DNA of 64,000 nucleotides, taken from an uncultured virus (IMG/VR IMGVR_UViG_3300044732_001058) (lineage: Duplodnaviria; Heunggongvirae; Uroviricota; Caudoviricetes). Each line of letters starts with the position of its first letter. The stretch's first letter is position 1. The stretch lies in IMG/VR virus record IMGVR_UViG_3300044732_001058, one strand, 5' to 3'. A program made the translations under genes and the position numbers. A model generated the notes under the pieces. The model did no database searches and was not told the origin of the DNA. It saw only the letters and a program-made list of their open reading frames with translations. This document shows positions 37,192-48,710 of this stretch, piece after piece.

Positions 37192-40100
37192 TTATAGATT
37201 TTGACCTACGATAATTGCATAAATATTAGTACCGCCATCATAAGTAACAAATTGATAAATATCTCGCTTAGAACTTGCAGTTGTAAGAGTTGGCGCAGTG
37301 CCTCCCGGCCATTTTATTGCGGCGGGCCAAGTTATTGAATAACCAACGCCACCACCAACTGTTACAATTGTCCACATATGAACAATACTGCTTGCTTGAA
37401 TATTTGATAAAGTCAATGTTGTTATTGTTGCGGCGAGAGTTAATTCTGTTAAATTATACTGAGTATCAATTGTTGTAGATGATGCCGCTGTTACTGTTAC
37501 TCTTTCGCCATATGTGTTTCTTGTTCTTACTGCATTTAAAACACTTGTACTAGCAGGATCAACATAATAAGCAGTGTCGTTACTGTCATAAAATATAGGA
37601 GCGCGAAAATCTGTATCAGAATAAGCTGTTCCGACAACGTGTAGTTTTTGTGAAGGACTTGTTGTACCTATACCAACATTACCATCAACAAGAAGCCCAA
37701 TAGTATTAGCGCCAGGACCACCTGCTGTATTTGATAATAAATGAAAATATGTATTTACTGTTCCACTTCCAGGTTGAGTCCTTGGAGTTAAATAAATTCT
37801 AGGATTTCCAGAATTATATCCAGTGTAATATAATTTTACGTTATCGTAAGAAGCATTATCTCCTACATCTCCTAATCTAATTCCTTCACTACCCCCGCCA
37901 ATATTAAAAGCTCCTCTAACATCTAACTTTAGTGACGGACTTGTTGTACCTATACCAACATTACCACTACTATCAACATTTATTCTTCTATTACCTTGGC
38001 CGTCAGAGATTATAATGTTATTGGCAATTGTGGCACTTAATCCTGTGACGTTTGCGCCTAAGATTGTGTTGTAGTTGCCTGTGGTAATACCACGACCAGT
38101 GTTATAACCAATTATTGTGTTTGCGGTTCCTGTTGTAATATCATATCCAGAAGTATCACCCAACGCACTATTACTAGTACCTGTTGAATTTGCATTCATC
38201 GAATTATGACCAATTGCTGTGTTGGACGATCCGGTTGTATTTGTAAATAATGCATATGTACCAAATGAACAATTATAATTGCCAATTGTGTTAAAAGGCA
38301 TTGCATTGTGACCCATTGCTACATTTCTTATACCAGTCGTATTCCACCTTAATGCTTGCAATCCAACAGCAGTGTTTGAATTTCCCGTTGTATTTCTAGC
38401 TAATGTATAATATCCGAATGCACTATTACAAACACCAGTTGTATTAGCATTTAATGCTTTATAACCAAAAGCGCTGTTATTGTTTGTTGTATTAGCTGAT
38501 AAAGCAGCATAACCAAATGCACTGTTGTTGTTACCAACTACGTTATTTACCAGAGCATATTTACCAAATGCACAGTTTCTATTACCTGTCGTATTAGCAA
38601 ATAAAGCAGCAGAACCAAACGCATTATTGTCATTACCAATTGTATTAGCCTTTAAAGAGTCTACACCAAATGCGTTATTGCGAACACCGCCTGTGTTATT
38701 TCTCAAAGCGTATAAACCAAACGCACTATTACTTACGCCTGTTGTGTTATTTAATAAAGACGCATGTCCAACTGCGGTATTATATCTACCAAATGTATTG
38801 TTTGTTAAAGCACTACGTCCAACTGCTGTATTTAAATCACCAGTTGTATTAGCAGACATTGCATATGTGCCAAATGCACTATTGTTACTACCTGTAGTAT
38901 TAGTTCTTAAAGCGTATTTACCAAACGCACTATTATTAACGCCTGTTGTATTAAATATTAAAGCTTGAAAACCAAATGCATTATTATTTGCGCCAATTGT
39001 ATTTCTTTCTAAAGCGCTAGTGCCAAATGCGCTATTACCATTACCTGTGGTATTAAGATTTAGTGCTTGATAACCAACTGCGGTATTATATAAACCAATT
39101 GTATTAGATAATAAAGATGAAAAACCTACAGCGGTATTGTATATACCAGTTGTATTAGCGTATAATGAATATGTACCAATTGCGGTATTATTACTGCCTG
39201 TTGTATTTGCTTGTAATGATTGTTGTCCAAAAGCTGTATTATAATTACCAAAAGTATTAAATAATAACGATGAACGACCAAACGCACTATTACTAATACC
39301 CGTTGTATTATTTATAAGTGCATACATACCAAATGCTGTATTATTTGAACCAGTTGTATTGTTTTGTAATGAACCACGACCAAAAGCACTATTACCATTA
39401 CCTATTGTATTTGTTTTTAAAGAGCCATAACCAAACGCACTATTACTACTAGCTGTTGTAGTATACATCAACGCTTGAAGACCAAATGCACTGTTCCTAG
39501 TACCTATTGTGTTATTTCTTAAAGCTTCTTTACCAAATGCACTGTTAAATTCACCAATTGTATTAGCATTTAATGCTTTGTAACCAAACGCACTGTTATT
39601 ACTTACAGTATTATTAAGCAAAGCTTGAAAACCAACAACGGTATTATTACTACCAGTAGTATTAGCGAATAATGAATTATATCCTATAGCGGTATTACTA
39701 TTTCCAGAAACATTATTATATAAAGTTGTATAACCAAACGAAGTGTTATTATTACCAACTGTGTTCTGAGCTAAACTTTCATATCCAACCGCACAATTAA
39801 ATTGACCAGCTGTATTATTAACTAAAGCTCTATTACCGACTGCAACATTTCTTATACCAACCGTATTTGATTTTAAAGCATAAAACCCAAATGCACTGTT
39901 AAAATTACCCGTGGTATTATTTAATAAAGCATTTGTACCAAAGGCGCTATTACCTTCGCCTATAGTATTTGCTTGTAATGTTCCATTGCCGACGGCTGTA
40001 TTATTGCTACCAGTTGTATTATAATATAATGAATTAAAACCTACTGCTACATTATTAACACCTATTGTATTACTTACTAAACTACTATAACCAAATGCGC

Positions 40101-43100
40101 TATTATTTCCACCAATAGTATTATAAAATAAACTAGCGACACCAACGGCTGTATTACCTGTGCCTATTGTATTGTTTTGCAATGCGCCTTTTCCAAATGC
40201 CGAATTATTTATTCCTGTTGTATTACTTAATAAAGCGCTTAGACCAACTGCTGTATTGTTGTTACCTATAGTATTGCTTTGCAATGCGCTTGTTCCTACA
40301 GCAGTATTACTTTGACCTATAGTATTACTAAGTAAAGACTGATAACCTACAGCAACATTATTTGCACCTATTGTATTAACAGCTAAAGCTTGATTACCAA
40401 ATGCGGTATTATAACTACCTGTTGTATTTGATTTTAAAGCGTAATAACCAAACGCACTGTTAAATCCACCGATTGTATTATTTAATAATGATCCCCAACC
40501 AAATGCACTATTTCTTTGACCAATTGTATTTGCGAGTAAAGATTTATATCCAAATGCACTATTTAATGTACCTGTTGTGTTAGCAAACAAAGATTTATAT
40601 CCAAAAGCGCTATTGGCGCTTGCCGTATTAGCATTTAAAGCGGAATATCCAACTGATGTGTTATTATTTGCATTTGCAGTTTGTAAAGAACCCATTCCTA
40701 TTGCAACATTTCCACCACCAGCTATATTATTTCTCAATGCATATGAACCAAAAGCACTATTATTTCCACCAGTTGCATTTTGTCTTAAACTTTCGAATCC
40801 AACCGCAGTATTAAATTGTCCACTGGTATTAGAGTATAATGATTCTAAACCAAATGCACTATTAGCACCACCGCTATTGTTAGCGTATAACGCTGCATAT
40901 CCAACTGCTGTGTTTCTAGTGCCAACGGTATTATAATATAAAGAGTAAGCGCCAACAGCAGTGTTAGAAATACCTGTAGTATTTAACAATAATGAGTATA
41001 TACCAAACGCACTATTATTAGATCCTCTTGTATTTGTACCCAAAGCACTTCTACCCATTGCGGTATTGTTTATACCAGTAGTGTTATACTTTAAAGCGTA
41101 ATTACCAAATGAACTGTTACTTGTACCTATGGTATTACCTTTTAAAGAGTCTCTACCAAATGCACTATTTCCATAACCTGTTGTATTAGCAGTTAATGCG
41201 TTAGATCCAAAAGCGCTGTTATTGTTTGTTGTATTAAAATAAAGAGCGTTATAACCAAATGCCGCATTATTATTACCACTTACATTTGCTAGCATACAGT
41301 TAAAACCAACCGCTGTGTTGTTACCTCCGACTGTATTATAATTTAATGCTTGACGACCAAATGCACTATTATTACTACCTGATGAGTTGCTTTGTAAAGC
41401 GGCGCGGCCAAAAGCACTATTATAAACACCAGTTGTATTTGTCAATAAAGCATACATACCAAAAGCACTATTATCTGCGCCAATTGTATTATTATATAAA
41501 GCAGCTCTACCAACCGCTGTATTTCTACTACCTGTAGTATTCTTATATAGCGCTTCATCACCAATAGCGATATTAAATTGACCTATAGTATTGCTGAACA
41601 AAGTTTGATGACCCATTGCAACGTTATAATTACCACTTGTATTTGTAATCAACGATTTAAAACCAAACGCTGCATTTCTATGTCCCGTAGTATTAACGGC
41701 CAATGCTTTATAACCAAATGCACTGTTATTGCTTGTTGTGTTAGCCTCTAAAGCTTGAAAACCAACGGCAGTATTTGCACTACCTATTATATTAACTGAT
41801 AATGCGCTACGACCAAGTGCTGTATTGTAAATACCAATTGTATTAGAATTTAATGCGTATGTACCAAATGCTGAATTATTACTTCCGGTTGTATTAGCGG
41901 TTAATGAACCGTATCCTACAGCCGTATTTAATGAACCTATTGTATTATTTTGTAATGCAGCAGTACCTACAGCTACGCTTGAATAACCAGTTGTGTTAGC
42001 GAATAACGCTTTATAACCAAACGCACTGTTACTGCTTGTAGTATTAGACACTAATGCATAAGCGCCAAATGCACTATTATTATTTCCATTAACATTTAAT
42101 GCAATTGCATTGCGACCAAATGCAGTATTATTTGCTCCGACTGTATTTGAGGTTAATGATGTTTTTCCGAAGGCAGAATTATTATAACCTGTTGTGTTGG
42201 CTTTTAGAGCGTAATAACCAAAAGCATTATTATCGCTTCCTCCTGTATTGTTTACTAACGAATTAACGCCTACTGCATTATTTCTTGCACCTGATATATT
42301 GTTTGCTAAAGCGTTTGTACCAATCGCGACGTTATTAACACCAACTGTATTATATCTTAATGATTGAAAACCAACGGCAGTATTACTAACACCAGTTGTA
42401 TTTTCTCTTAAAGCGTTAAATCCAAACGCGCTATTGTTACTTACGGTATTATTAAACAAAGCAAAATAACCAAATGCACTATTATTACTGCCACCTACAT
42501 TAAGTATTAAAGCTGCGTGACCAAATGCGCTGTTAAAACTGCCTGTTGTATTTGTTTGTAAAGTGCCGAAACCAATAGCGGTATTATAAGTACCAGTGGT
42601 ATTGGCAAATAATGATTTGTAACCGAATGCTGAATTATTATAACCTATTGTGTTAGCTGTTAGTGATTTATAACCAAACGAGGTATTATTTACACCTACA
42701 GTATTACTTGATAATGATTGATAACCAAAAGCACTATTTGCTATACCCGTGGTATTATTAGTTAATGCTTGTTGACCAACAGCGGTATTATTTTTACCTA
42801 TAGTATTACTAAGCAAACTATTCAATCCAACTGCTGTGTTTCCATTACCTGTGGTATTATACAATAAAGCTTGCATACCAACAGCAACGTTGTTTACGCC
42901 AATTGTATTATATCTTAAAGCGCTATAACCGAAAGCGGTATTATTGTTTGTGGTATTGGTATATAAAGCATAATTACCGAAAGCGCTATTATTACTTCCT
43001 ACTGTATTTACATATAATGATTGTAAACCTACAGCAGTATTTTTACCACCAGTTGTATTAGAATTAAGTGCTTGTTGACCTACAGCAGTATTATTAACAC

Positions 43101-46100
43101 CGCCTGTATTAGATAATAAAGCATTTACACCAACAGCAACATTAGATGCACCTGTAATATTATTTATTAAAGCATATCTACCAAAGGCACTATTATTTAC
43201 TCCTGTAGTATTATAATACAAAGCGTTATGACCAACAGTGGTATTATTTGTACCAATCGTATTACTAAATAAAGCAGCTCTACCAACCGATGTATTTCCA
43301 CTACCTGTAGTATTGTATCTTAATGCTTGCATACCAAACGCACTATTATTACTACCTGTAGTATTGCTTTGTAAAGTACCTAAACCAGTAGCGGTATTAG
43401 CAGTACCAATTGTATTAGAATATAAAGCATTATGACCCACCGCAGTATTATTATCAGTCGTATTATTATATAATGATTGATAACCTACACTAACGTTATT
43501 ACTAGCACTAGTAACGGAATGTAAACTTTGATAACCAATTGCTATATTTTTTTGACCAGTGCTATTTAATACAAGCGATTGTTGACCAATTGCTATATTT
43601 GATCCACCAGTTGTATTGTAATACAAAGCGTTTAATCCTATTGCAATATTGCTATAACCAAATGTGCTTGTTCTTAAACTATTAGTACCAATTGCAATAT
43701 TGTAAATACCAGATGTATTGCTCAGTAAAGCGTATGTACCAAATGCAGTATTACTTACGCCAATTGTATTAGCCGATAACGAGCTTAAACCAACAGCTAC
43801 ATTGTTTGTACCAGTTGTATTAGCAAATAATGCTTTATATCCGAAAGCGCTATTATTATTTGTAGTGTTAGCGTACAAAGCTAGATGCCCAATTGCTGTA
43901 TTGTTATTGCCTATGAGATTTGTATACAATGCTTGCGTACCCATTGCAACATTTGATGATCCACTTGTATTTAATATTAATGCTTGATAACCAACAGCTA
44001 CGTTACTAGCACCTGTTTTGTTGCTTTCCAATGCACTACGACCAACGGCTACTATATAATTTGCAGTATTACTATACAATGATCTCCAACCTATACCAAC
44101 TGTATCACTTGCGTTACCAACATTACATGCTTGGTAACCAAAATAAGAATTTCTTTCACCAGTTGTATTTGAGTTACCAGATTGATAACCTACAGCAGTA
44201 TTAGCTGAACCTATTGTATTTTGACTTAAAGCATACGCACCAATTGCACTGTTATTAACGCCAGTCGTATTAGAGTATAATGTTTGTCTACCAACAGCTG
44301 TATTATTACTACCTGTAGTATTATAATATAAACTATAAACACCAAATGCGGAATTGCTATTACCTATAGTATTATATCGCAACGCTTGCATACCAAATGC
44401 ACTATTACTAGCGCCTGTTGTATTTGCAAATAAAGATGTATAGCCAAAAGCACTATTACTGTTTGCTGTGTTATTAAATAATGCGTTTGTGCCTACAGCG
44501 GTATTATTATTACCAACGGCATAAAATAACGCATTTACGCCTACAGCAACATTAGCAGAACCAACAATATTTGTAAATAAAGACCCTCTTCCAACCGCAG
44601 TGTTATAACCGCCTGTTGTATTATTACGAAGTGATGATCTTCCTATTGCGGTATTTTCCACACCAATTGTGTTAGCATATAAAGATGTATAACCAAATGC
44701 ACTATTATTAGAACCACTTACATTACTAAATAATGATTGATAACCTACAGCAGTATTAGCAGCACCAATGCTATTAGATCTCAAAGAATAATTACCAAAT
44801 GCGACGTTTGCGGCACCTGATGTATTTTCTCTTAAAGTGTATATGCCAAATGCGGAATTTTGTTGACCAATTGTATTATTTCTTAAAGCATGGTAACCCA
44901 CCGCAGTATTATTACTACCACTAGTGGTTAATCGCAATGCGTCTCTACCCACAGCGGTATTACTAGAACCAACTGTATTACCTCTCAAAGCGTATAAACC
45001 GAATGCAGAATTATTTATACCTGTGGTATTACTGAATAAACTATAAAAACCAAATCCACTGTTACTAATACCAGTTGTATTATTATAAAGTGACTTATAA
45101 CCAAATGCACTATTAAAACTACCAATCGTATTAACAAATAAAGCTCTATATCCAAAAGCGCTATTATTTCCTCCAGTTGTATTATAGAACATTGATTGGA
45201 AACCAACAGAAACATTGTTGGCACCAATTGTATTATTAAACAAAGCATTAACACCTACGGCTGTATTTTTAACGCCGGTAGTATTGTATCTTAATGCAGT
45301 TTCACCAAATGCGCTATTGTAATTGCCAATTGTATTGTTCTGTAAAGAACCATTTCCTATAGCAGTGTTTCCTGTGCCAGTTGTATTATTTAATAATGCT
45401 TTATAACCAAATGCGTTGTTATTGTTTGTGGTATTGTTGTATAAAGCGTATATTCCAAATGCCGCATTACTTGATCCAATAACATTTAAACGTAAAGCCT
45501 GATTACCAACAGCGGTATTATTTGCGCCTGTAGTATTAGTAAATAATGATCTAAATCCTACAGCGGTATTGTTAGAAGCGATTGTATTATTTGCTAATGA
45601 GTCTAAACCTACAGCAACATTTGAAGCTCCTGTTGTGTTAGCTGCTAAAGCTGCATAACCAACTGCGGTATTGTTATTTGTAGTGTTATTTTGTAAAGCT
45701 GTATATCCTACTGCTGTATTATTAGAACCTATTGTATTATTTACTAAAGCGCTAACACCAACTGCGACATTATAATTACCAGTAGTATTTGAGTATAAAG
45801 AAACTCCACCAAATGCAGTATTATTTAATCCGATTGTATTGAATCTCATTGAATTCAATCCAAAAGCACTGTTGTTAGTACCAGTTGTATTATTTAAAAG
45901 AGCATAAGCGCCAAATGCATTATTATTACTTGCTGTGCTATTTTTTAATGCGCTTCTACCCATAGCTGTACTATTTACGCCAATTGTATTAGTTTGTAAA
46001 GCGGCATCACCAAATGCGCTATTATTTGCTCCAGTAGTATTATAAAGTAAAGAATAATGACCGAATGCGCTATTTGAAACTCCTAATGTATTAATTTGTA

Positions 46101-48654
46101 ATGAACTTCTGCCAACGGCTGTATTAGATATACCTACAGTATTATTAGCTAAAGCATATGCACCAACAGCAGTATTTTGAGTACCAGTTGTATTAGAGTT
46201 TAAAGCTACATAACCAAATGCACTATTGTCTACACCTGTTGTATTAGCAAATAAAGCCTGAGAACCAAATGCGCTATTTCTTGCCCCTATTGTATTTGAA
46301 AATAAACTATTTAATCCAACAGCAGTATTATTGCTACCAGTAGTATTAGTTTGTAATGTTTGATAACCAAAAGCAGCATTGTTTGTGCCTATTGTGTTAT
46401 TTTGTAAAGCGGCAAAACCAAATGCTGCATTTCTATAACCTGTTGTATTTGCAAATAATGCTTTGTAACCAAATGCGTTGTTACCGCTTGTAATGTTATT
46501 TTGTAAAGAACCATAACCAACAGCAGTATTATTTGTACCAATTGTGTTGGAATATAAAGAATTAGCACCAACTGATGTGTTATTTATACCAGTTGTGTTA
46601 GAAAATAAAGAAGAATAACCAATAGCTATATTTGCTGTTCCTATTGTATTTGTCTTTAAAGATTCAAAACCAAATGCACTATTATAGTTACCAGTTGTAT
46701 TAAATCTTAAAGAAGCGTAACCAAATGCACTATTATTAGCACCGATTGTATTGTTTCTTAGTGAATAAAATCCAAATGCATTATTAGAACTACCAGTTGT
46801 ATTTGATAGTAATGAATAAAATCCTACAGCAACATTGTATGTGCCAATAGTATTACTTGATAAAGCGTTAGTGCCTATAGCAACATTATAATTTGTGGTA
46901 TTAGAATATAAAGCATCAGAACCAATAGCAACATTGTGACTACCAAGTACATTACTGAATAATGATCTATAACCAAATGCTGTATTATAAGCACCACTTG
47001 TATTATTTCTCAAAGCATTATAACCAAATGCGTTATTTCTAAAACCTGTTGTATTTGCTTTTAATGCTTGAAAACCAAATGCACTATTATTGTTTGTGGT
47101 ATTATTGTTTAATGCACTATAACCAAATGCACTATTTGAAGCACCAATCGTATTATAAAGCAATGAATTGTGACCAAATGCACTGTTATTCTTACCAGTA
47201 GTGTTGCTATATAAAGTATCTTTACCAACCGCAGTATTACTATAACCAAACGTATTGAATCTCAAAGATCTATTACCTATAGCTACGTTATAATTACCAG
47301 TAGTATTAGCTCTTAAAGCATAATAACCAAATGCATTATTATCAATACCTATTGTATTAGATCTCAATGATCTATAACCAAAAGCGTTATTTCTACTACC
47401 TGTAGTATTGCTATATAAAGCATAGCTGCCGAATGCATTATTAAAATTACCAATTGTATTATTTGCTAATGAATAATAACCAACAGCGGTATTATTAACA
47501 CCTGTCGTATTTGCATTTAATGCAGTATTTCCAACAGCAGTATTACTAGCAACATTACCAGTACCTCTTCCAACAATAACACTATTAATAGACAAACTAT
47601 GTACAACATCTGTAGTATTACTATCTCCAAGCGCTGATGCAGAAGTAAATTTGGCTATTGTATTTGTTGTGCCTGAAGCGTTGGCGCTTGTTCCAGACGA
47701 ACCGCTTGTGCCAGACGAACCACTCGTCCCAGATGTACCAGAAGAACCGCTTGTACCAGACGAACCACTCGTTCCACTTGTTCCAGAAGAACCACTCGTC
47801 CCACTTGTTCCAGAAGAACCACTTGTTCCAGATGTCCCAGAAGAACCGCTTGTGCCAGATGTTCCAGAAGAACCGCTTGTACCAGAAGAACCACTTGTCC
47901 CAGATGTGCCAGAAGAACCGCTTGTGCCAGACGAACCACTCGTCCCACTTGTTCCAGAAGAACCACTTGTTCCAGATGTCCCAGAAGAACCGCTTGTGCC
48001 AGAAGAACCACTTGTCCCAGATGTGCCAGAAGAACCGCTTGTGCCAGACGAACCACTCGTCCCACTTGTTCCAGAAGAACCACTTGTTCCAGATGTCCCA
48101 GAAGAACCGCTTGTGCCAGATGTTCCAGAAGAACCGCTTGTACCAGAAGAACCACTTGTCCCAGATGTGCCAGAAGAACCGCTTGTGCCAGAAGAACCAC
48201 TTGTTCCAGACGTCCCAGAAGAACCGCTTGTGCCAGATGTTCCAGAAGAACCACTCGTCCCAGATGTTCCAGAAGAGCCACTTGTTCCAGATGTGCCAGA
48301 AGAACCGCTTGTGCCAGACGAACCGCTTGTTCCAGATGTGCCAGAAGAACCACTTGTACCAGACGAACCGCTTGTACCAGACGAACCACTTGTACCAGAC
48401 GAACCACTTGTACCAGACGAACCACTTGTGCCAGAAGAGCCGCTAGTACCATCAATACCTGAAGAACCACTTGTTCCGCTAGAACCGCTTGTTCCACTAG
48501 AACCGCTTGTTCCACTAGAACCGCTTGAACCGCTTGTACCGCTGCTTCCGCTTGTCCCACTTGTGCCAGCAAAGCCTGACGTTCCATTAACGCCTGAAGA
48601 ACCACTTGTACCAGATGTGCCATTTCTTACTTGGAATGCTGTATAGCTGCTCAT
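37192..48654 (-). CDS. Giant fibre protein (3820 aa): Gly-X-Y stalk, long 14-aa beta-roll repeat shaft, fibre C-terminal domains
   Basis: GTS/GSS triplets; NTTGxxNxAxGxxAL repeats (YadA-head/Hep_Hag-like); two GNVGIGTTSPS motifs; APIFYDSNDTAYYVDP; terminal ITWPAAIKWPGGTAPTL domain. Confidence 0.85.
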   Translation of the reverse strand: MSSYTAFQVRNGTSGTSGSSGVNGTSGFAGTSGTSGSSGTSGSSGSSGTSGSSGTSGSSGTSGSSGIDGTSGSSGTSGSSGTSGSSGTSGSSGTSGSSGTSGSSGTSGTSGSSGTSGSSGTSGTSGSSGTSGTSGSSGTSGTSGSSGTSGTSGSSGTSGSSGTSGTSGSSGTSGSSGTSGTSGSSGTSGTSGSSGTSGTSGSSGTSGSSGTSGTSGSSGTSGSSGTSGTSGSSGTSGTSGSSGTSGSSGTSGTSGSSGTSGSSGTSGTSGSSGTSGTSGSSGTSGTSGSSGTSGTSGSSGTSGSSGTSGTSGSSGTSGSSGTSANASGTTNTIAKFTSASALGDSNTTDVVHSLSINSVIVGRGTGNVASNTAVGNTALNANTTGVNNTAVGYYSLANNTIGNFNNAFGSYALYSNTTGSRNNAFGYRSLRSNTIGIDNNAFGYYALRANTTGNYNVAIGNRSLRFNTFGYSNTAVGKDTLYSNTTGKNNSAFGHNSLLYNTIGASNSAFGYSALNNNTTNNNSAFGFQALKANTTGFRNNAFGYNALRNNTSGAYNTAFGYRSLFSNVLGSHNVAIGSDALYSNTTNYNVAIGTNALSSNTIGTYNVAVGFYSLLSNTTGSSNNAFGFYSLRNNTIGANNSAFGYASLRFNTTGNYNSAFGFESLKTNTIGTANIAIGYSSLFSNTTGINNTSVGANSLYSNTIGTNNTAVGYGSLQNNITSGNNAFGYKALFANTTGYRNAAFGFAALQNNTIGTNNAAFGYQTLQTNTTGSNNTAVGLNSLFSNTIGARNSAFGSQALFANTTGVDNSAFGYVALNSNTTGTQNTAVGAYALANNTVGISNTAVGRSSLQINTLGVSNSAFGHYSLLYNTTGANNSAFGDAALQTNTIGVNSTAMGRSALKNSTASNNNAFGAYALLNNTTGTNNSAFGLNSMRFNTIGLNNTAFGGVSLYSNTTGNYNVAVGVSALVNNTIGSNNTAVGYTALQNNTTNNNTAVGYAALAANTTGASNVAVGLDSLANNTIASNNTAVGFRSLFTNTTGANNTAVGNQALRLNVIGSSNAAFGIYALYNNTTNNNNAFGYKALLNNTTGTGNTAIGNGSLQNNTIGNYNSAFGETALRYNTTGVKNTAVGVNALFNNTIGANNVSVGFQSMFYNTTGGNNSAFGYRALFVNTIGSFNSAFGYKSLYNNTTGISNSGFGFYSLFSNTTGINNSAFGLYALRGNTVGSSNTAVGRDALRLTTSGSNNTAVGYHALRNNTIGQQNSAFGIYTLRENTSGAANVAFGNYSLRSNSIGAANTAVGYQSLFSNVSGSNNSAFGYTSLYANTIGVENTAIGRSSLRNNTTGGYNTAVGRGSLFTNIVGSANVAVGVNALFYAVGNNNTAVGTNALFNNTANSNSAFGYTSLFANTTGASNSAFGMQALRYNTIGNSNSAFGVYSLYYNTTGSNNTAVGRQTLYSNTTGVNNSAIGAYALSQNTIGSANTAVGYQSGNSNTTGERNSYFGYQACNVGNASDTVGIGWRSLYSNTANYIVAVGRSALESNKTGASNVAVGYQALILNTSGSSNVAMGTQALYTNLIGNNNTAIGHLALYANTTNNNSAFGYKALFANTTGTNNVAVGLSSLSANTIGVSNTAFGTYALLSNTSGIYNIAIGTNSLRTSTFGYSNIAIGLNALYYNTTGGSNIAIGQQSLVLNSTGQKNIAIGYQSLHSVTSASNNVSVGYQSLYNNTTDNNTAVGHNALYSNTIGTANTATGLGTLQSNTTGSNNSAFGMQALRYNTTGSGNTSVGRAALFSNTIGTNNTTVGHNALYYNTTGVNNSAFGRYALINNITGASNVAVGVNALLSNTGGVNNTAVGQQALNSNTTGGKNTAVGLQSLYVNTVGSNNSAFGNYALYTNTTNNNTAFGYSALRYNTIGVNNVAVGMQALLYNTTGNGNTAVGLNSLLSNTIGKNNTAVGQQALTNNTTGIANSAFGYQSLSSNTVGVNNTSFGYKSLTANTIGYNNSAFGYKSLFANTTGTYNTAIGFGTLQTNTTGSFNSAFGHAALILNVGGSNNSAFGYFALFNNTVSNNSAFGFNALRENTTGVSNTAVGFQSLRYNTVGVNNVAIGTNALANNISGARNNAVGVNSLVNNTGGSDNNAFGYYALKANTTGYNNSAFGKTSLTSNTVGANNTAFGRNAIALNVNGNNNSAFGAYALVSNTTSSNSAFGYKALFANTTGYSSVAVGTAALQNNTIGSLNTAVGYGSLTANTTGSNNSAFGTYALNSNTIGIYNTALGRSALSVNIIGSANTAVGFQALEANTTSNNSAFGYKALAVNTTGHRNAAFGFKSLITNTSGNYNVAMGHQTLFSNTIGQFNIAIGDEALYKNTTGSRNTAVGRAALYNNTIGADNSAFGMYALLTNTTGVYNSAFGRAALQSNSSGSNNSAFGRQALNYNTVGGNNTAVGFNCMLANVSGNNNAAFGYNALYFNTTNNNSAFGSNALTANTTGYGNSAFGRDSLKGNTIGTSNSSFGNYALKYNTTGINNTAMGRSALGTNTRGSNNSAFGIYSLLLNTTGISNTAVGAYSLYYNTVGTRNTAVGYAALYANNSGGANSAFGLESLYSNTSGQFNTAVGFESLRQNATGGNNSAFGSYALRNNIAGGGNVAIGMGSLQTANANNNTSVGYSALNANTASANSAFGYKSLFANTTGTLNSAFGYKSLLANTIGQRNSAFGWGSLLNNTIGGFNSAFGYYALKSNTTGSYNTAFGNQALAVNTIGANNVAVGYQSLLSNTIGQSNTAVGTSALQSNTIGNNNTAVGLSALLSNTTGINNSAFGKGALQNNTIGTGNTAVGVASLFYNTIGGNNSAFGYSSLVSNTIGVNNVAVGFNSLYYNTTGSNNTAVGNGTLQANTIGEGNSAFGTNALLNNTTGNFNSAFGFYALKSNTVGIRNVAVGNRALVNNTAGQFNCAVGYESLAQNTVGNNNTSFGYTTLYNNVSGNSNTAIGYNSLFANTTGSNNTVVGFQALLNNTVSNNSAFGYKALNANTIGEFNSAFGKEALRNNTIGTRNSAFGLQALMYTTTASSNSAFGYGSLKTNTIGNGNSAFGRGSLQNNTTGSNNTAFGMYALINNTTGISNSAFGRSSLLFNTFGNYNTAFGQQSLQANTTGSNNTAIGTYSLYANTTGIYNTAVGFSSLLSNTIGLYNTAVGYQALNLNTTGNGNSAFGTSALERNTIGANNNAFGFQALIFNTTGVNNSAFGKYALRTNTTGSNNSAFGTYAMSANTTGDLNTAVGRSALTNNTFGRYNTAVGHASLLNNTTGVSNSAFGLYALRNNTGGVRNNAFGVDSLKANTIGNDNNAFGSAALFANTTGNRNCAFGKYALVNNVVGNNNSAFGYAALSANTTNNNSAFGYKALNANTTGVCNSAFGYYTLARNTTGNSNTAVGLQALRWNTTGIRNVAMGHNAMPFNTIGNYNCSFGTYALFTNTTGSSNTAIGHNSMNANSTGTSNSALGDTSGYDITTGTANTIIGYNTGRGITTGNYNTILGANVTGLSATIANNIIISDGQGNRRINVDSSGNVGIGTTSPSLKLDVRGAFNIGGGSEGIRLGDVGDNASYDNVKLYYTGYNSGNPRIYLTPRTQPGSGTVNTYFHLLSNTAGGPGANTIGLLVDGNVGIGTTSPSQKLHVVGTAYSDTDFRAPIFYDSNDTAYYVDPASTSVLNAVRTRNTYGERVTVTAASSTTIDTQYNLTELTLAATITTLTLSNIQASSIVHMWTIVTVGGGVGYSITWPAAIKWPGGTAPTLTTASSKRDIYQFVTYDGGTNIYAIIVGQNL
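38055..47560 (-). repeat. Degenerate 42-bp (14-aa) coding repeat array, roughly 225 units, with interspersed 13-aa units
   Basis: Consensus N-T-(T/I)-G-x-x-N-(T/S)-A-(V/F)-G-x-x-(A/S)-L; unit count estimated from length. Confidence 0.9.
47686..48621 (-). repeat. About 104 uninterrupted Gly-X-Y triplets (GTS/GSS)
   Basis: Direct translation; 9-bp periodicity. Confidence 0.95.
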
Positions 48655-48668
48655 ATTATATATTTATT

Positions 48669-48674
48669 TTACAC
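48669..48674 (-). promoter_or_regulatory. GTGTAA motif upstream of the giant fibre
   Basis: 14 nt before ATG 48654. Confidence 0.6.
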
Positions 48675-48710
48675 TTTTATTGTTATGATCGTGACTTAAC
48701 AAATGTTTAT

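Noticed and set aside
36226..48654. Diversity-generating retroelement acting on the fibre or propeller
   Set aside because: No reverse transcriptase and no template/variable repeat pair with adenine-specific differences seen in this window
37192..48654. Bacterial trimeric autotransporter or ice-nucleation protein
   Set aside because: No signal peptide or YadA membrane anchor; lacks the AGYGST consensus; phage fibre C-terminal motifs and chaperones are present
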